Shown: positions 19,914-29,690, numbered from the stretch's first letter. The stretch: DNA of 38,438 bases from Clostridiaceae bacterium (GCA_012839865.1 DUMO01000044.1:1-38438), one strand, 5' to 3'. Program-made: numbers and translations. Notes: generated by a model from the sequence alone, not told the origin.

Positions 19914-19930
19914 TATTCAAATTTAACACA

Positions 19931-19959
19931 TTGACAAAGTGTATGCCATTGTATACAAT
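19931..19959 (+). promoter_or_regulatory. sigma-A promoter of the gntR gene with overlapping palindromic operator
   Basis: TTGACA (19931-19936), 17 nt, TACAAT (19954-19959); perfect palindrome ATTGTATACAAT (19948-19959) covers the -10. Confidence 0.7.
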
Positions 19960-20091
19960 CATGCATATATACAGAAAAAGGATGTTGCTTCATTCTCTGA
20001 AAACAAGTTTTTTCAACATGGTTTACCTGACGGGATTATCAGGTTGACCGGGTCGTTAACAAGGTACTCAAATTTCAAGAAGGGTGCAAAC

Positions 20092-20778
20092 ATGTCAAAT
20101 ATGGAGCATAAAGGACTGGAAATTAATTCATTGCGGGCAAAAGTGTTTAACAAGCTGCAGAATGATATATTGGACGGAAAATACAAGCCCGGAGACAGTT
20201 TGATTGAAACAAAACTGGCAAAGGAACTGGGGGTCAGCAGGACACCTATACGGGAGGCCATAAAACAACTGGAGCTTGAAGAACTGGTTCAAACCATTCC
20301 AAACAAGGGAGCTGTTGTGACGGGAATATCCCATCAGGACATCGAAGATATATACACCATCAGAACCATGATAGAAGGACTTGCCACCAGGCTTGCCGCA
20401 GAAAAAATGACACCGGAGGAACTGGAGCAATTAAAGGAAGTAATTGAGCTTGAGGAATTTTACACAAATAAGTGCAGTACACCTCATTTGCTTGATTTGG
20501 ATTCCCGTTTTCATGAAATTATATATAAAGCAAGCAAAAGCAGACCGCTGTTATGGACCCTTCGTTCATTTCACCATTTTGCGCAAAGGGCCAGAAGTAC
20601 TTCTTTAAGTACCCCGGGCAGAGCCCGGCAATCCTTTACCGAGCATAAAGCGATACTTCAGGCTATTTTAGATAAGGATCCGGACAAGGCGGAAAAACTT
20701 GCAATCAAACACATAAAAAAGGCCAGCTCGAATTTGCTAAAGCAAATGGAAAATTCCGATACCTTAAAAACGGAATAA
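20092..20778 (+). CDS. GntR-family transcriptional regulator (FCD domain)
   Basis: wHTH L.ETKLAKELGVSRTPIREAIKQL and FCD-type LD.RFH..IY.AS, EH..IL.AI; start moved to ATG 20092 after GAAGGGTG. Confidence 0.92.
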   Translation: MSNMEHKGLEINSLRAKVFNKLQNDILDGKYKPGDSLIETKLAKELGVSRTPIREAIKQLELEELVQTIPNKGAVVTGISHQDIEDIYTIRTMIEGLATRLAAEKMTPEELEQLKEVIELEEFYTNKCSTPHLLDLDSRFHEIIYKASKSRPLLWTLRSFHHFAQRARSTSLSTPGRARQSFTEHKAILQAILDKDPDKAEKLAIKHIKKASSNLLKQMENSDTLKTE

Positions 20779-20928
20779 AGTTGTGCCTGCTTTTGAAAAA
20801 TTCTATGCAATCCTTAAGTAAAACAACACCATTTATAGACTATCAAATACAATTAGCGGGAAAAATTCAAATATGACTTTCCGCTTAATTTATGCGAAAA
20901 AAAGAGAAAGGGAAGATACGGTCCTTAT

Positions 20929-22368
20929 ATGAAACTGCCTGAAGAATTTTTAAACAGAATGAAAGCGCTGCTTGAAGAAACAGAATATGAAGATTTTATC
21001 AAGGCTCTTTCCGGCCCCAGAAGCTACGGGTTAAGGGTAAACACGTTGAAAATACCTGTCGGGGAGTTCGAAAGAATAACCGAATTTTCGCTAAAGCCTG
21101 TTCCCTGGAGCAATGACGGTTTTTATTATAAGGAAGATGACAGCCCCGGAAAACATCCTCACTATTATGCCGGGCTGTATTATATTCAGGAACCCAGTGC
21201 AATGCTTCCTGCAACAGTTCTGAATGCACAGCCAGGGGAGAGGGTACTGGACCTTTGCGCCGCTCCCGGAGGAAAAACGGTGAAAATAGCGGCAGATATG
21301 CAAGGCAAGGGCTTGATAGTAGCCAATGATGTAAATCCTGACAGGGCCAGGGCATTGGTTAAAAATATCGAACTCTTTGGAATCAGGAATGCCATTGTCA
21401 CAGTAGAAAAACCAGAGAGACTGGCGCTGAAGTTTGAAAATTACTTTGACAGGATTCTGGTTGATGCCCCCTGCTCGGGGGAAGGCATGTTCCGAAAAGA
21501 CGAAGAAGCCGGGCGGAGTTGGGATAAATACAAGTCGGACAAATGCTCCCTGATACAGAAGGAAATTTTAAATCATGCTGCTTCCATGCTGCGCCCCGGA
21601 GGGTTTATTGTATATTCAACATGCACCTTTGCGCCGGAAGAGAACGAACAGCAAATCGCCGGCTTTGTTAAAGAGCACAGAGATTTTTATATTTGTGATA
21701 TAAATATGAAAAATGTATCAGGGCTTGACAGGGGAAGACCGGATTGGTGCGGCGGATTTGCAGGTATTGAAGAGACCATACGGTTGTGGCCCCATAAAAT
21801 AGAAGGTGAAGGGCATTATGTGGCTCTTATTGGCCGAAAAGAGATTTCCAGGGGTTCTGTAGCCGCTTCGGAAACTGTAAAAAAAGAATATGCTGAAGGT
21901 AGTGCAATCAGTACTTTCAACAAGTGGGACACCGGCAACAAGGTAAAAAATGATTTTATTGGAAAAGATGCTTTTCTTGCCTTTATGAATGAAAATCTCA
22001 ATATAAAAATAGAAGGATACTTCCAAAGGCATGGCGACAACCTGTATTGCCTGCCTGTTAAGGCTCCGGACCTTACAGGACTGAAAGTTGCCAAGTTTGG
22101 CTGGTATCTTGGAAGTTACAAAGGCAACTTATTTGAGCCCTCCCATTCACTGGTAACCGCCCTCAAAATGGATGATTTCAAGCGCTCCATAAACTTTTCA
22201 TCAAAGAGCCTTCAGATTTTGAAGTATCTTAAGGGTGAAACATTGATGATTGACGGCGATACGGGATTGTGGGCCGTTTGTGTGGACGGGCATACTGCAG
22301 GCTGGGGAAAGCAAATGGGCGGAACTTTGAAAAATCTGTACCCTAAAGGCTGGAGAAAAATGAGGTGA
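20929..22368 (+). CDS. RsmB/RsmF (NOL1/NOP2) rRNA m5C methyltransferase
   Basis: YIQEPSAM, VLDLCAAPGGKT, ILVDAPCSGEG, VYSTCTFAPEENE; C-terminal RsmF-like domain. Confidence 0.92.
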   Translation: MKLPEEFLNRMKALLEETEYEDFIKALSGPRSYGLRVNTLKIPVGEFERITEFSLKPVPWSNDGFYYKEDDSPGKHPHYYAGLYYIQEPSAMLPATVLNAQPGERVLDLCAAPGGKTVKIAADMQGKGLIVANDVNPDRARALVKNIELFGIRNAIVTVEKPERLALKFENYFDRILVDAPCSGEGMFRKDEEAGRSWDKYKSDKCSLIQKEILNHAASMLRPGGFIVYSTCTFAPEENEQQIAGFVKEHRDFYICDINMKNVSGLDRGRPDWCGGFAGIEETIRLWPHKIEGEGHYVALIGRKEISRGSVAASETVKKEYAEGSAISTFNKWDTGNKVKNDFIGKDAFLAFMNENLNIKIEGYFQRHGDNLYCLPVKAPDLTGLKVAKFGWYLGSYKGNLFEPSHSLVTALKMDDFKRSINFSSKSLQILKYLKGETLMIDGDTGLWAVCVDGHTAGWGKQMGGTLKNLYPKGWRKMR

Positions 22369-22577
22369 AATTTTCCGGGAAAGTATTGAAATTTGCTTTT
22401 TTAAATATTAAAATGTTAAAAGGCTTGATTAAAGAGAAAGGTAATGCGAATTTAACAATCACTCCCTGAATTTGTAATATCCCAAAACTCTTTAAAAGGT
22501 GGCGGGTCGAATTTCAAACCGCAGTCTTTTTGATATTATGGCAGTTTTAAAATTTACGGGGAGTAATTATTTTTTTT

Positions 22578-23687
22578 GTGGGTAAGGGTCAAATGCTAAA
22601 TAGCTCGGGTGCTCTGCTAAACAGATTAAGGAAATTTTTCATGTCCTTCGTAATGGGTCTTGAGGTTGGATTATTCCTTGTTTGTTTCCAAACAACAGAA
22701 AACAGGTTTGGGTTATTTGACTTAACAACACCTGCCTATGTTGAAAACAATCATGGTGCTGACCCCGCCGATACCAATTTGGATATCCCGGGCACTCCCA
22801 CGTCCCAGACAGACGCATCTTCCACCCCTGCAGCAACGCCGGGAAATATTCCGGACCAGACACCTGCACCGGCTGATAACATTCCTGGCGGAGAAAAGGA
22901 TACGCCTTTACCGACACCGACAAACAACCCAAATGGAGGTGCTGAAGCTACTCCAATGCCTTCTGTTACGCCTTCACCTTCACCGGATTCCGAAAGCAGC
23001 AATACAAGCGGGCAGGCAGGCAACATCAGAGAACCTATTCACTGGGGCAACACTGATGAAAAAGTTGTTTACCTTACCTTTGACGACGGTTATGATGGAA
23101 AATCAATCACAACCGTATTGGATGTTTTAAAAGACAGGGGCATTAAAAGCACTTTCTTTGCAGTGGGAGATTACCTTGAATATTTCCCCGACATATGGAA
23201 AAGAGCTGTGGAAGAAGGTCATTTTATATGCAACCACACCAAATCCCATAAGACATTGAATTTACTTTCAAGTGATGAAATAAAAAAGGAGATAACCGGC
23301 TGGGAAAAAGTTGCCGGGAGAATTCTCGGAGAAGAATATGTGAAAAAAATGAAGGAAGAATTCCCATATATCCGGCTGCCCGGCGGAGGAGGACACAACA
23401 GCAAGAGAGTTCTGGAGATTGTAGCTGAATGCGGGTATATTCCCATCGGTTGGTCCCTTGAAACATATAGCAGTGTTATTGCACGACACGACTATATCAA
23501 TGAACCTTCCGGTCCTATAGTGGACGAAGTGGTAAATCATGTGTTGGAAAACAGTAAGAACGGGATTATTATATTGCTGCATTTCAATTTATATGACACG
23601 CCCAAAATTGATAAAATAGTAGACGGGCTTACTGAAAAAGGATTTGCTATAGAGAATATTAATAATATTTTTCAAAAACATCCTTGA
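22578..23687 (+). CDS. Polysaccharide deacetylase (NodB/PdaA-like) with N-terminal anchor and Pro/Thr-rich linker
   Basis: YLTFDDG, NHTKSH, RLPGG and LLHF motifs; hydrophobic N-terminal segment; PT-rich stretch. Confidence 0.88.
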   Translation: MGKGQMLNSSGALLNRLRKFFMSFVMGLEVGLFLVCFQTTENRFGLFDLTTPAYVENNHGADPADTNLDIPGTPTSQTDASSTPAATPGNIPDQTPAPADNIPGGEKDTPLPTPTNNPNGGAEATPMPSVTPSPSPDSESSNTSGQAGNIREPIHWGNTDEKVVYLTFDDGYDGKSITTVLDVLKDRGIKSTFFAVGDYLEYFPDIWKRAVEEGHFICNHTKSHKTLNLLSSDEIKKEITGWEKVAGRILGEEYVKKMKEEFPYIRLPGGGGHNSKRVLEIVAECGYIPIGWSLETYSSVIARHDYINEPSGPIVDEVVNHVLENSKNGIIILLHFNLYDTPKIDKIVDGLTEKGFAIENINNIFQKHP

Positions 23688-24069
23688 TAAAACCAGGCCA
23701 AGGCCAATGACTTCAGTTACCGGATGAGGATTTATAAAGACCTGTGCAAACCTTTCAAAAAATAGCAACCATTTTCTTGCATCCCAGGGACAGGCCTTAT
23801 TATAACGGACACAGACTGTCCCATGGATACTTAAACATCACAATTTAATTATTATTCCGTCTTGTAAAACATATAATTTTATCAAAGCTCATAAGGCTTA
23901 TTACATGTCCGCCCTATGGATTGGTTATTATTGTGGAAGATTGACCCGGGCTGTTTATCACTTTTTAAGACAAATCTAATATACAAAAGAAAAAGTGATT
24001 TGGAAAATGCATGTTTTGATGTACAACTTGTGTAAAGCGCCAGTATATGTGTGTTAAGGGGATTGCAGT

Positions 24070-25170
24070 ATGATAATTATTATCCGAAGGTTTTCTTTCT
24101 ATGCCATCACAAGCGCAATTATTCTGCTGATTGCCTTTGTATGGATTGATATGATTTTGCCTGAAACCATTGAAGCAATGAATAACAATCAAATTGAAAA
24201 CGAAATATTAAACATGTTTGACTTAAGAAACAATGCAATACTTTTAAATGATGCAGAAGCCCTGGGCCAGATTTACAACCATAAAACCAGGCTTGGTGTC
24301 TGGGCTTATGAGCATGAACTCAAAAGAGCAAAATATCTTCATAAATGGTCGGAAAAACAGGGCGTGAGATTTAACAGTATCAAAACCGTGATTCATAAAG
24401 TACGGGTAAGGGAAAGAGAGGGAGGGTACAGGATAAATTTCGCAGCTACCACCACATATATATACAGTTATATCAATGATTCCGAAAAGACCAATCTTTT
24501 CAGAATAGGTACATATCATTCAATGGATATTGTCCCGGCAGGGGAAAAGTGGCTGATTACCAGGGAGTGGTACACCGATCCTTTTGCTGATTCCCTGAAC
24601 CTGGATGAAATAAAAAGCGTTCAGATTACGAATTTTATTTTAAGCAGGAACTTTGAAAATAAAAGCATCAGCAAACGCCAGCAAAGCGCTGTCGAGTATG
24701 CCGACAAATACTGCGGAGCTGCGGCGGATGAAAGGTATGGCATTGAATACAATTCCAGGTACAAAAATTATAACCCATTGGGTGGAGATTGCGCCAATTT
24801 CGCATCCCAGATACTCTTTGAAGGAGGCAAGTTCAAGAAAAACTACACCTGGAATTATGACAAGGAAGGCAGCAAAGCCTGGGTAAATGCTGCAGCTTTC
24901 AAGGATTATATGCTGTATAGCGGAAGAGCTTCCCTTATTGCATACGGTACATACGAAAAGGTATATAAGGCGGCATTCTACCTTCAACCCGGAGATTTTG
25001 TGGCTTATGAGAAAAACGGGAAAGTGGTGCATATTTCGGTTGTTACCGGATGGGATTCCAAGGGCTATCCCCTTGTTAACAGCCACAATACAGATCGTTA
25101 CAGAGTACCGTGGGATTTAGGCTGGAGCAACAAGGACATAAAATTCTGGCTGGTGCACGTGCATTTTTAA
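24070..25170 (+). CDS. Putative amidase-domain (Amidase_6/YhbB-like) exported protein
   Basis: N-terminal TM segment; A..YADKY, GGDCANFASQIL, PGD.VAY, HISVV, NSHNTDR motifs. Confidence 0.8.
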   Translation: MIIIIRRFSFYAITSAIILLIAFVWIDMILPETIEAMNNNQIENEILNMFDLRNNAILLNDAEALGQIYNHKTRLGVWAYEHELKRAKYLHKWSEKQGVRFNSIKTVIHKVRVREREGGYRINFAATTTYIYSYINDSEKTNLFRIGTYHSMDIVPAGEKWLITREWYTDPFADSLNLDEIKSVQITNFILSRNFENKSISKRQQSAVEYADKYCGAAADERYGIEYNSRYKNYNPLGGDCANFASQILFEGGKFKKNYTWNYDKEGSKAWVNAAAFKDYMLYSGRASLIAYGTYEKVYKAAFYLQPGDFVAYEKNGKVVHISVVTGWDSKGYPLVNSHNTDRYRVPWDLGWSNKDIKFWLVHVHF

Positions 25171-25257
25171 TCTTAAGGTCAGTGTTCAATCAAGAGATTT
25201 ACAATGATGAACTCTAATACTGCAACCCATTACCGGTAAGGAAGAGAAGCTGTTGAA

Positions 25258-25373
25258 ATGAAATATATGCAGAACAATAAGAGCCTAGTTCTTAGAAAAG
25301 CTTGGGGTATCGAGCCCCGCTCGCTTTTGGCTGGATTTACTTCGCAAATAGCTTTTTTCTGCATACAATTCAT
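25258..25373. repeat. Copy C of the repeat family: short arms enclosing the same internal module as copy B
   Basis: ATGAAATATATGCAGAA / TTCTGCATACAATTCAT (15/17 inverted); internal GAGCCCCGCTCG and TTTTGGCTGGATTT shared with 13115-13141. Confidence 0.85.
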
Positions 25374-25456
25374 TTACGCTGTGTTACCATTAACAATGCC
25401 ATGGAAAGCAGTGTTGGAGCTTATTGCTCAAAGCTGAAATATCCGGCTTCTGATAT

Positions 25457-25485
25457 TTGTCAAACATAAAAAATAGAGGTATAAT
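25457..25485 (+). promoter_or_regulatory. sigma-A-like promoter of the sulfatase maturase
   Basis: TTGTCA, 17 nt, TATAAT (25480-25485). Confidence 0.6.
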
Positions 25486-25540
25486 TATTGCATTCCATAC
25501 TTGAGCGTACATTAGCTTTTATATGAAAGGAAGAGACAGT

Positions 25541-26668
25541 ATGCCGCCCCTCAGTTTGTTGATTAAACCTGCTTCCAGTCTATGCAATTTAAGATGCAGG
25601 TATTGCTTTTACCACTCAATTGCAGAAAAAAGAATGACAGAGTCTTACGGAATCATGAGTTATAATACATTGGAAAAGATGGTTGAGAAAGCTCTTGCTT
25701 TTGCAGACAGCAATTGCATTCTGGCCTTTCAGGGTGGAGAACCCACTCTTGCAGGACTTGACTTTTATAAAAAATTAATTGAATTTGAAAATAAATACAA
25801 TGTGAAGAATTTGCCGGTTAACAATTCAATACAAACGAATGGGGTAATGATAGACGAAGACTGGGCTGAATTTCTGGCAGAAAATAATTTTCTGGTAGGA
25901 TTATCCCTTGACGGGCCTCCGGATATACACGACGCCGGCAGGGTTGACCATATGGAAAAGGGCACCTTCAATAAAGTGATGAATACTGTCAAACTTTTTA
26001 GCAAATACAAGGTTGAATATAATATACTGTGTGTAGTTAATTCTTATGTAGCCCGCCATGTGAAAAAGATATACAATTTTTTCAAGAAAAATGATTTCAG
26101 GTTTCTGCAGTTTATCCCATGTCTTGATCCTCTTGGCGAAGAGCCGGGGCGGTATGAATATTCACTGTCCACGGAAAGATTTGCTTACTTTCTGAAAAAC
26201 CTTTTTGACGAATGGTATAAGGATTTCATGGGGGATAATTACTTTAGCATACGGTATTTTGACAACCTGGTGGGAATGATTATGGGCTATCTTCCTGAAG
26301 TCTGTGGAATGATGGGAATATGCAACTGCCAGTTTGTCATTGAAGCGGATGGCGGAGTTTATCCATGTGATTTTTATGTGTTGGATGAATGGTACATGGG
26401 AAATATTGTGGACTCAGGTTTTGAGGAACTGCGATTTTCGGAAAATGCAAGAAAGTTTGTGGAGGTTTCAAAACACCAAAGCCCGGAGTGCAAAAGCTGC
26501 CGTTGGTTTACCATTTGCCGCGGGGGATGCAGAAGGAGCAGGGAGCCTTTTATGGATGGGAAACCGGTGTTGAATTATTATTGCCAGGCTTATAAAGAGT
26601 TTTTTGAGTATTCCATGGAAAGACTCGAAAATGCTGCAAGAAAGGCAGCAGCCATGAGGAGAGCTTAA
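25541..26668 (+). CDS. Anaerobic sulfatase-maturating radical SAM/SPASM enzyme (anSME)
   Basis: LIKPASSLCNLRCRYC, FQGGEPTL, QTNG, SLDGP; SPASM cysteines C..MGIC...YPCD...C..C...ICRGGC...YYC; start 25541 after AAAGGAAG (alternative 25523). Confidence 0.9.
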   Translation: MPPLSLLIKPASSLCNLRCRYCFYHSIAEKRMTESYGIMSYNTLEKMVEKALAFADSNCILAFQGGEPTLAGLDFYKKLIEFENKYNVKNLPVNNSIQTNGVMIDEDWAEFLAENNFLVGLSLDGPPDIHDAGRVDHMEKGTFNKVMNTVKLFSKYKVEYNILCVVNSYVARHVKKIYNFFKKNDFRFLQFIPCLDPLGEEPGRYEYSLSTERFAYFLKNLFDEWYKDFMGDNYFSIRYFDNLVGMIMGYLPEVCGMMGICNCQFVIEADGGVYPCDFYVLDEWYMGNIVDSGFEELRFSENARKFVEVSKHQSPECKSCRWFTICRGGCRRSREPFMDGKPVLNYYCQAYKEFFEYSMERLENAARKAAAMRRA

Positions 26669-26678
26669 TACCTTATTG

Positions 26679-26711
26679 AAGCCGGTTGTTAATTGCAAGG
26701 CCGGCTTTTTT
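26679..26711 (+). terminator. Intrinsic terminator after anSME
   Basis: AAGCCGG...CCGGCTT followed by a T run. Confidence 0.65.
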
Positions 26712-26908
26712 CGCATAAAAAAGCCGCAGTATGCAATCTGCGGCAACAACTGTCTCATTGCCATAACTTTAATACAATTTAGCGATGTCTCGTGTATGAA
26801 TGCGGGTGCATTTTCAGTTCAAAGGCGCATCTTCAAAGTTCTATAAGCGATTATAGATTTTTTCTATATATGTTTGTACAACAGATCCGAATCAGTACTA
26901 TGCCTTAA

Positions 26909-27449
26909 TTAATCTTTTTGTGTTTTCTTTGCCGGAGGGGATGTCACTTTAATTCTATCAACATCAACCAAATTTACAGATATACCTTCTATAGCAGCAA
27001 TAGCTGCTGCGGCACCGGCAGCCTGACCAGTTAAGGCACAGCATGGAATTACACGAGCTACTTCCCAACCATCTCCCAATGGCGCAGAGATAATGCGGCC
27101 GGCTGCCAACAGATTATCAAACCTTTCGTTATATAATGCAGAATATGGAATCTGATAGTGTTTTCCTACACTGCGAAAATCACTGACCCATCCAATAGCA
27201 TCGGAATATTCCTTCCTGTCAATAGCAGTAAAATCATTTTTCCCTTTAATTCTTCTTATAGTGCGCAACTGCGGCATTGTGGGCAGCATCATAATATCAC
27301 GGGTGCTTTTCAACCAATAGGGTCCTGGCACCATTTCTTGCAGCGCTGACAGCTGCAGAAACACCTGCAATGCCGCCTCCTATCACAACAACATCGTAGC
27401 TGTCCTGCAATATGGTTACCCGAGAATCAATTATATCCATTGTATTCAT
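26909..27449 (-). pseudogene. Internally deleted, frameshifted FAD-dependent oxidoreductase
   Basis: 27449-27297 encodes [50 protein letters not shown] (GxGxxG Rossmann start); another frame continues directly with C-terminal motifs YQIPYSALY...NLLAAGRIIS...RVIPCCALTGQAAGAAAA. Confidence 0.8.
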
Positions 27450-27497
27450 CTTTGGCACTTCTCTAAACCAAGCATTTTAGCTATTTTAAGGCAATAC

Positions 27498-27531
27498 AAA
27501 AAGACCCAAACATTGTATCAATACTTGGGTC
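27498..27531 (-). terminator. Terminator downstream of tRNA-Val
   Basis: On the minus strand GACCCAA...TTGGGTC followed by TTTTT. Confidence 0.6.
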
Positions 27532-27539
27532 CCATTTTA

Positions 27540-27615
27540 TGGTGGGCGTTACAGGACTCGAACCTGTGACTTTCACCACGTCAAGATGACACTCTACCAA
27601 CTGAGTTAAACGCCC
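27540..27615 (-). tRNA. tRNA-Val(GAC)
   Basis: Reverse complement GGGCGTTTAACTCAGTTGGTAGAGTGTCATCTTGACGTGGTGAAAGTCACAGGTTCGAGTCCTGTAACGCCCACCA: 76 nt cloverleaf, anticodon GAC, TTCGA loop, encoded CCA. Confidence 0.97.
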
Positions 27616-27627
27616 TTGCAATTAATA

Positions 27628-27656
27628 ATTATACATAAACCGTCTCCTTTGGTCAA
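27628..27656 (-). promoter_or_regulatory. sigma-A promoter of tRNA-Val
   Basis: Minus strand TTGACC, 17 nt, TATAAT. Confidence 0.75.
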
Positions 27657-27929
27657 TATGTAAAATTTCCTGTTTGTGTTTTTGCTGTTACGATTTCCAT
27701 ATATAAAAACATATAAAATAAATATATTGAAGCTCATTGTTCATATTACCGCAATTTCAGGTCTATTGATATAAACAGGAAAGTGCTTTAAATATAAATA
27801 AATTTCCGCTTCTATATATCATTGTTTTAGAATATCATTTATTGTTTAAACTAAATGCTGTGAATGAAAAATGATTTAATTCATCAGCAATTATAAAATG
27901 TCATACAAATGAGAAAGGAAGTATGCATT

Positions 27930-28616
27930 TTGGAAAGTGTAGCACCTTTTTTTATATCAGCCGGGGTTATCACCCTTGCTGAAATGGCAGACAAGACGCA
28001 AATTTTGTCAATGTGTTTTACAGCCAGGTACAGCCCGAGGAAAGTTATGCTGGGGGTTTTTTTGGGGACCGTGTTAAATCAGGGCCTGGCAGTGGCTGCA
28101 GGATACTTTTTAAAGGAAATTCTGTCCACTTATATTGATATTGTAAAGATAATTGCGTCACTGTCCTTTATAGGGTTTGGAATCTGGACATTGCAATCCG
28201 ACTCGGAAAAAGAAAAATGTGATGCCAAATCCTCTTTTGGACCCGTTGCTACAGTAACCATAGCTTTTTTTCTTGCAGAAATGGGTGACAAGACCCAGCT
28301 GGCAGCCGTTTCACTTTCAGCCGGACTGCCAAATCCGGTTTTGGTTTTACTGGGCACAACTACCGGTATGCTGATAGCAAATGGGGTGGGTGTAGCCTTT
28401 GGCTCCACACTAAATAAGAAAATTCCTGATCATGTGGTGAAAATTCTTTCAGCAATGGCTTTTACAATGTTTGGCATTTTCAGTTATGTTGGAACTGCCC
28501 GGCATTTAATGGATTTTAGCAAAGTCTTGTTATCTACTGCAGTTATTTTGTTTGCAACTGTTTTAATTTTTGTTTTAATACTTAATAGAAACAATAAATC
28601 CTGGCGAAATGTTTAA
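27930..28616 (+). CDS. TMEM165/GDT1 (UPF0016) family putative Ca2+/Mn2+ transporter
   Basis: Duplicated motifs LAEMADKTQ and LAEMGDKTQ; six TM segments; TTG 27930 follows AAAGGAAG (alternative ATG 27909). Confidence 0.88.
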   Translation: MESVAPFFISAGVITLAEMADKTQILSMCFTARYSPRKVMLGVFLGTVLNQGLAVAAGYFLKEILSTYIDIVKIIASLSFIGFGIWTLQSDSEKEKCDAKSSFGPVATVTIAFFLAEMGDKTQLAAVSLSAGLPNPVLVLLGTTTGMLIANGVGVAFGSTLNKKIPDHVVKILSAMAFTMFGIFSYVGTARHLMDFSKVLLSTAVILFATVLIFVLILNRNNKSWRNV

Positions 28617-29002
28617 AATACATTTTTAATGTTTAATGATTCTGTTTCCGGCAAATGCCTGATTAGATGCAAAAGGGAAGCAATTTCCTCCAATGAAGCG
28701 GACCTGTCCCGCGCCTTTATCATACGGTCGGCTTTAAAGATTGCAGTGTCTATATTGTCTATTTCAAAATGGTCTGTTATTACTGACCAGCATTCTCTTA
28801 TTTTTGCCCATTTCTCCTTAAATTCCTCCAGCCTGTTTTCAGCATTTGAAAAGTCTGAATCAAATAAACAGGTTTCAATTTCTTCAATATCAGCTGCAAG
28901 CACTTTTGATGAAGTTTCGATTTTGAAATATGAATATAAACCTGTGCCCCCGATTATTAAAGCAATTACAGCCAATGAAATAAGGACTTTAGTTGTTTGC
29001 AT
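28613..29002 (-). CDS. DUF4363-like protein
   Basis: N-terminal TM, then W.K....W....DHFEIDNID pattern; follows a DUF421 gene as is usual; ATG 29002 after AGGAGGG. Confidence 0.75.
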   Translation of the reverse strand: MQTTKVLISLAVIALIIGGTGLYSYFKIETSSKVLAADIEEIETCLFDSDFSNAENRLEEFKEKWAKIRECWSVITDHFEIDNIDTAIFKADRMIKARDRSASLEEIASLLHLIRHLPETESLNIKNVF

Positions 29003-29690
29003 GCCTGCTACTCCCTCCTGACATTTTTTCCTGGCAAAAAAGATTGCCTTCCGTATCAAGGCTTGCATAAAGCACATCCTTTGTGCTCCCTATACCCTTG
29101 GATTTCAGTTCATTTTGAAGCCAATCCTCAGTCAATCCGGCCTTTTCAAGGTTTTTCAATATTACCTCGCCATCAAGTATTATAGTCAGCGACATACCTT
29201 CATATTTTGTCGGGATGTTCAAATCTTCAGGGGTTACAGGCCTTTTTTGGGATTTTGGTATTATGCTGATCTGGCCTGTGGTTTCGAGTATTGCAAACTC
29301 AACATCGGCTATATTATGCATGTTTTTCATTCTTAGCTGTTCGATCAAGTCAATCAAGGTGTACATTTCCTTTCTGAGATTTTTTTCCTGTATCCTGCCA
29401 TTTTCAATCAATATAACAGGCTTCCCGTATATAAGGCCTCTGACTATATTGCTTTTTAGGCAAATTAATGACAGGGCAATTTGTGCAAACAGAAGTGTAA
29501 GAATCGGGATTATACCGTTTATAAGAGGAATACCTGTATTTTGCATGGGTATTGCCGCAAGTTCCGATATCATTATGGCGGCAACAAACTCAAAGGGCTG
29601 AAGTTCACCTGCCTGGCGTTTGCCCATAAGTCTCATTACCAGTACAACAAGTATATATAAAATTAATGTGCGTACGAAAGCAACAAGCAT
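28989..29690 (-). CDS. DUF421 (YetF-like) membrane protein
   Basis: MRLMGKRQAGELQPFEFV..I.ISELAA, G.PVILIENG.I...NL, LR......I.DVEFAILETTGQISII. Confidence 0.88.
   Translation of the reverse strand: MLVAFVRTLILYILVVLVMRLMGKRQAGELQPFEFVAAIMISELAAIPMQNTGIPLINGIIPILTLLFAQIALSLICLKSNIVRGLIYGKPVILIENGRIQEKNLRKEMYTLIDLIEQLRMKNMHNIADVEFAILETTGQISIIPKSQKRPVTPEDLNIPTKYEGMSLTIILDGEVILKNLEKAGLTEDWLQNELKSKGIGSTKDVLYASLDTEGNLFCQEKMSGGSSRHANN

Noticed and set aside
22369..22577. c-di-AMP or c-di-GMP riboswitch before the deacetylase
   Set aside because: Conserved core motifs were not found.
27540..27560. attL/attR duplication of the tRNA 3' end
   Set aside because: No second copy was seen in the window and there is no integrase.
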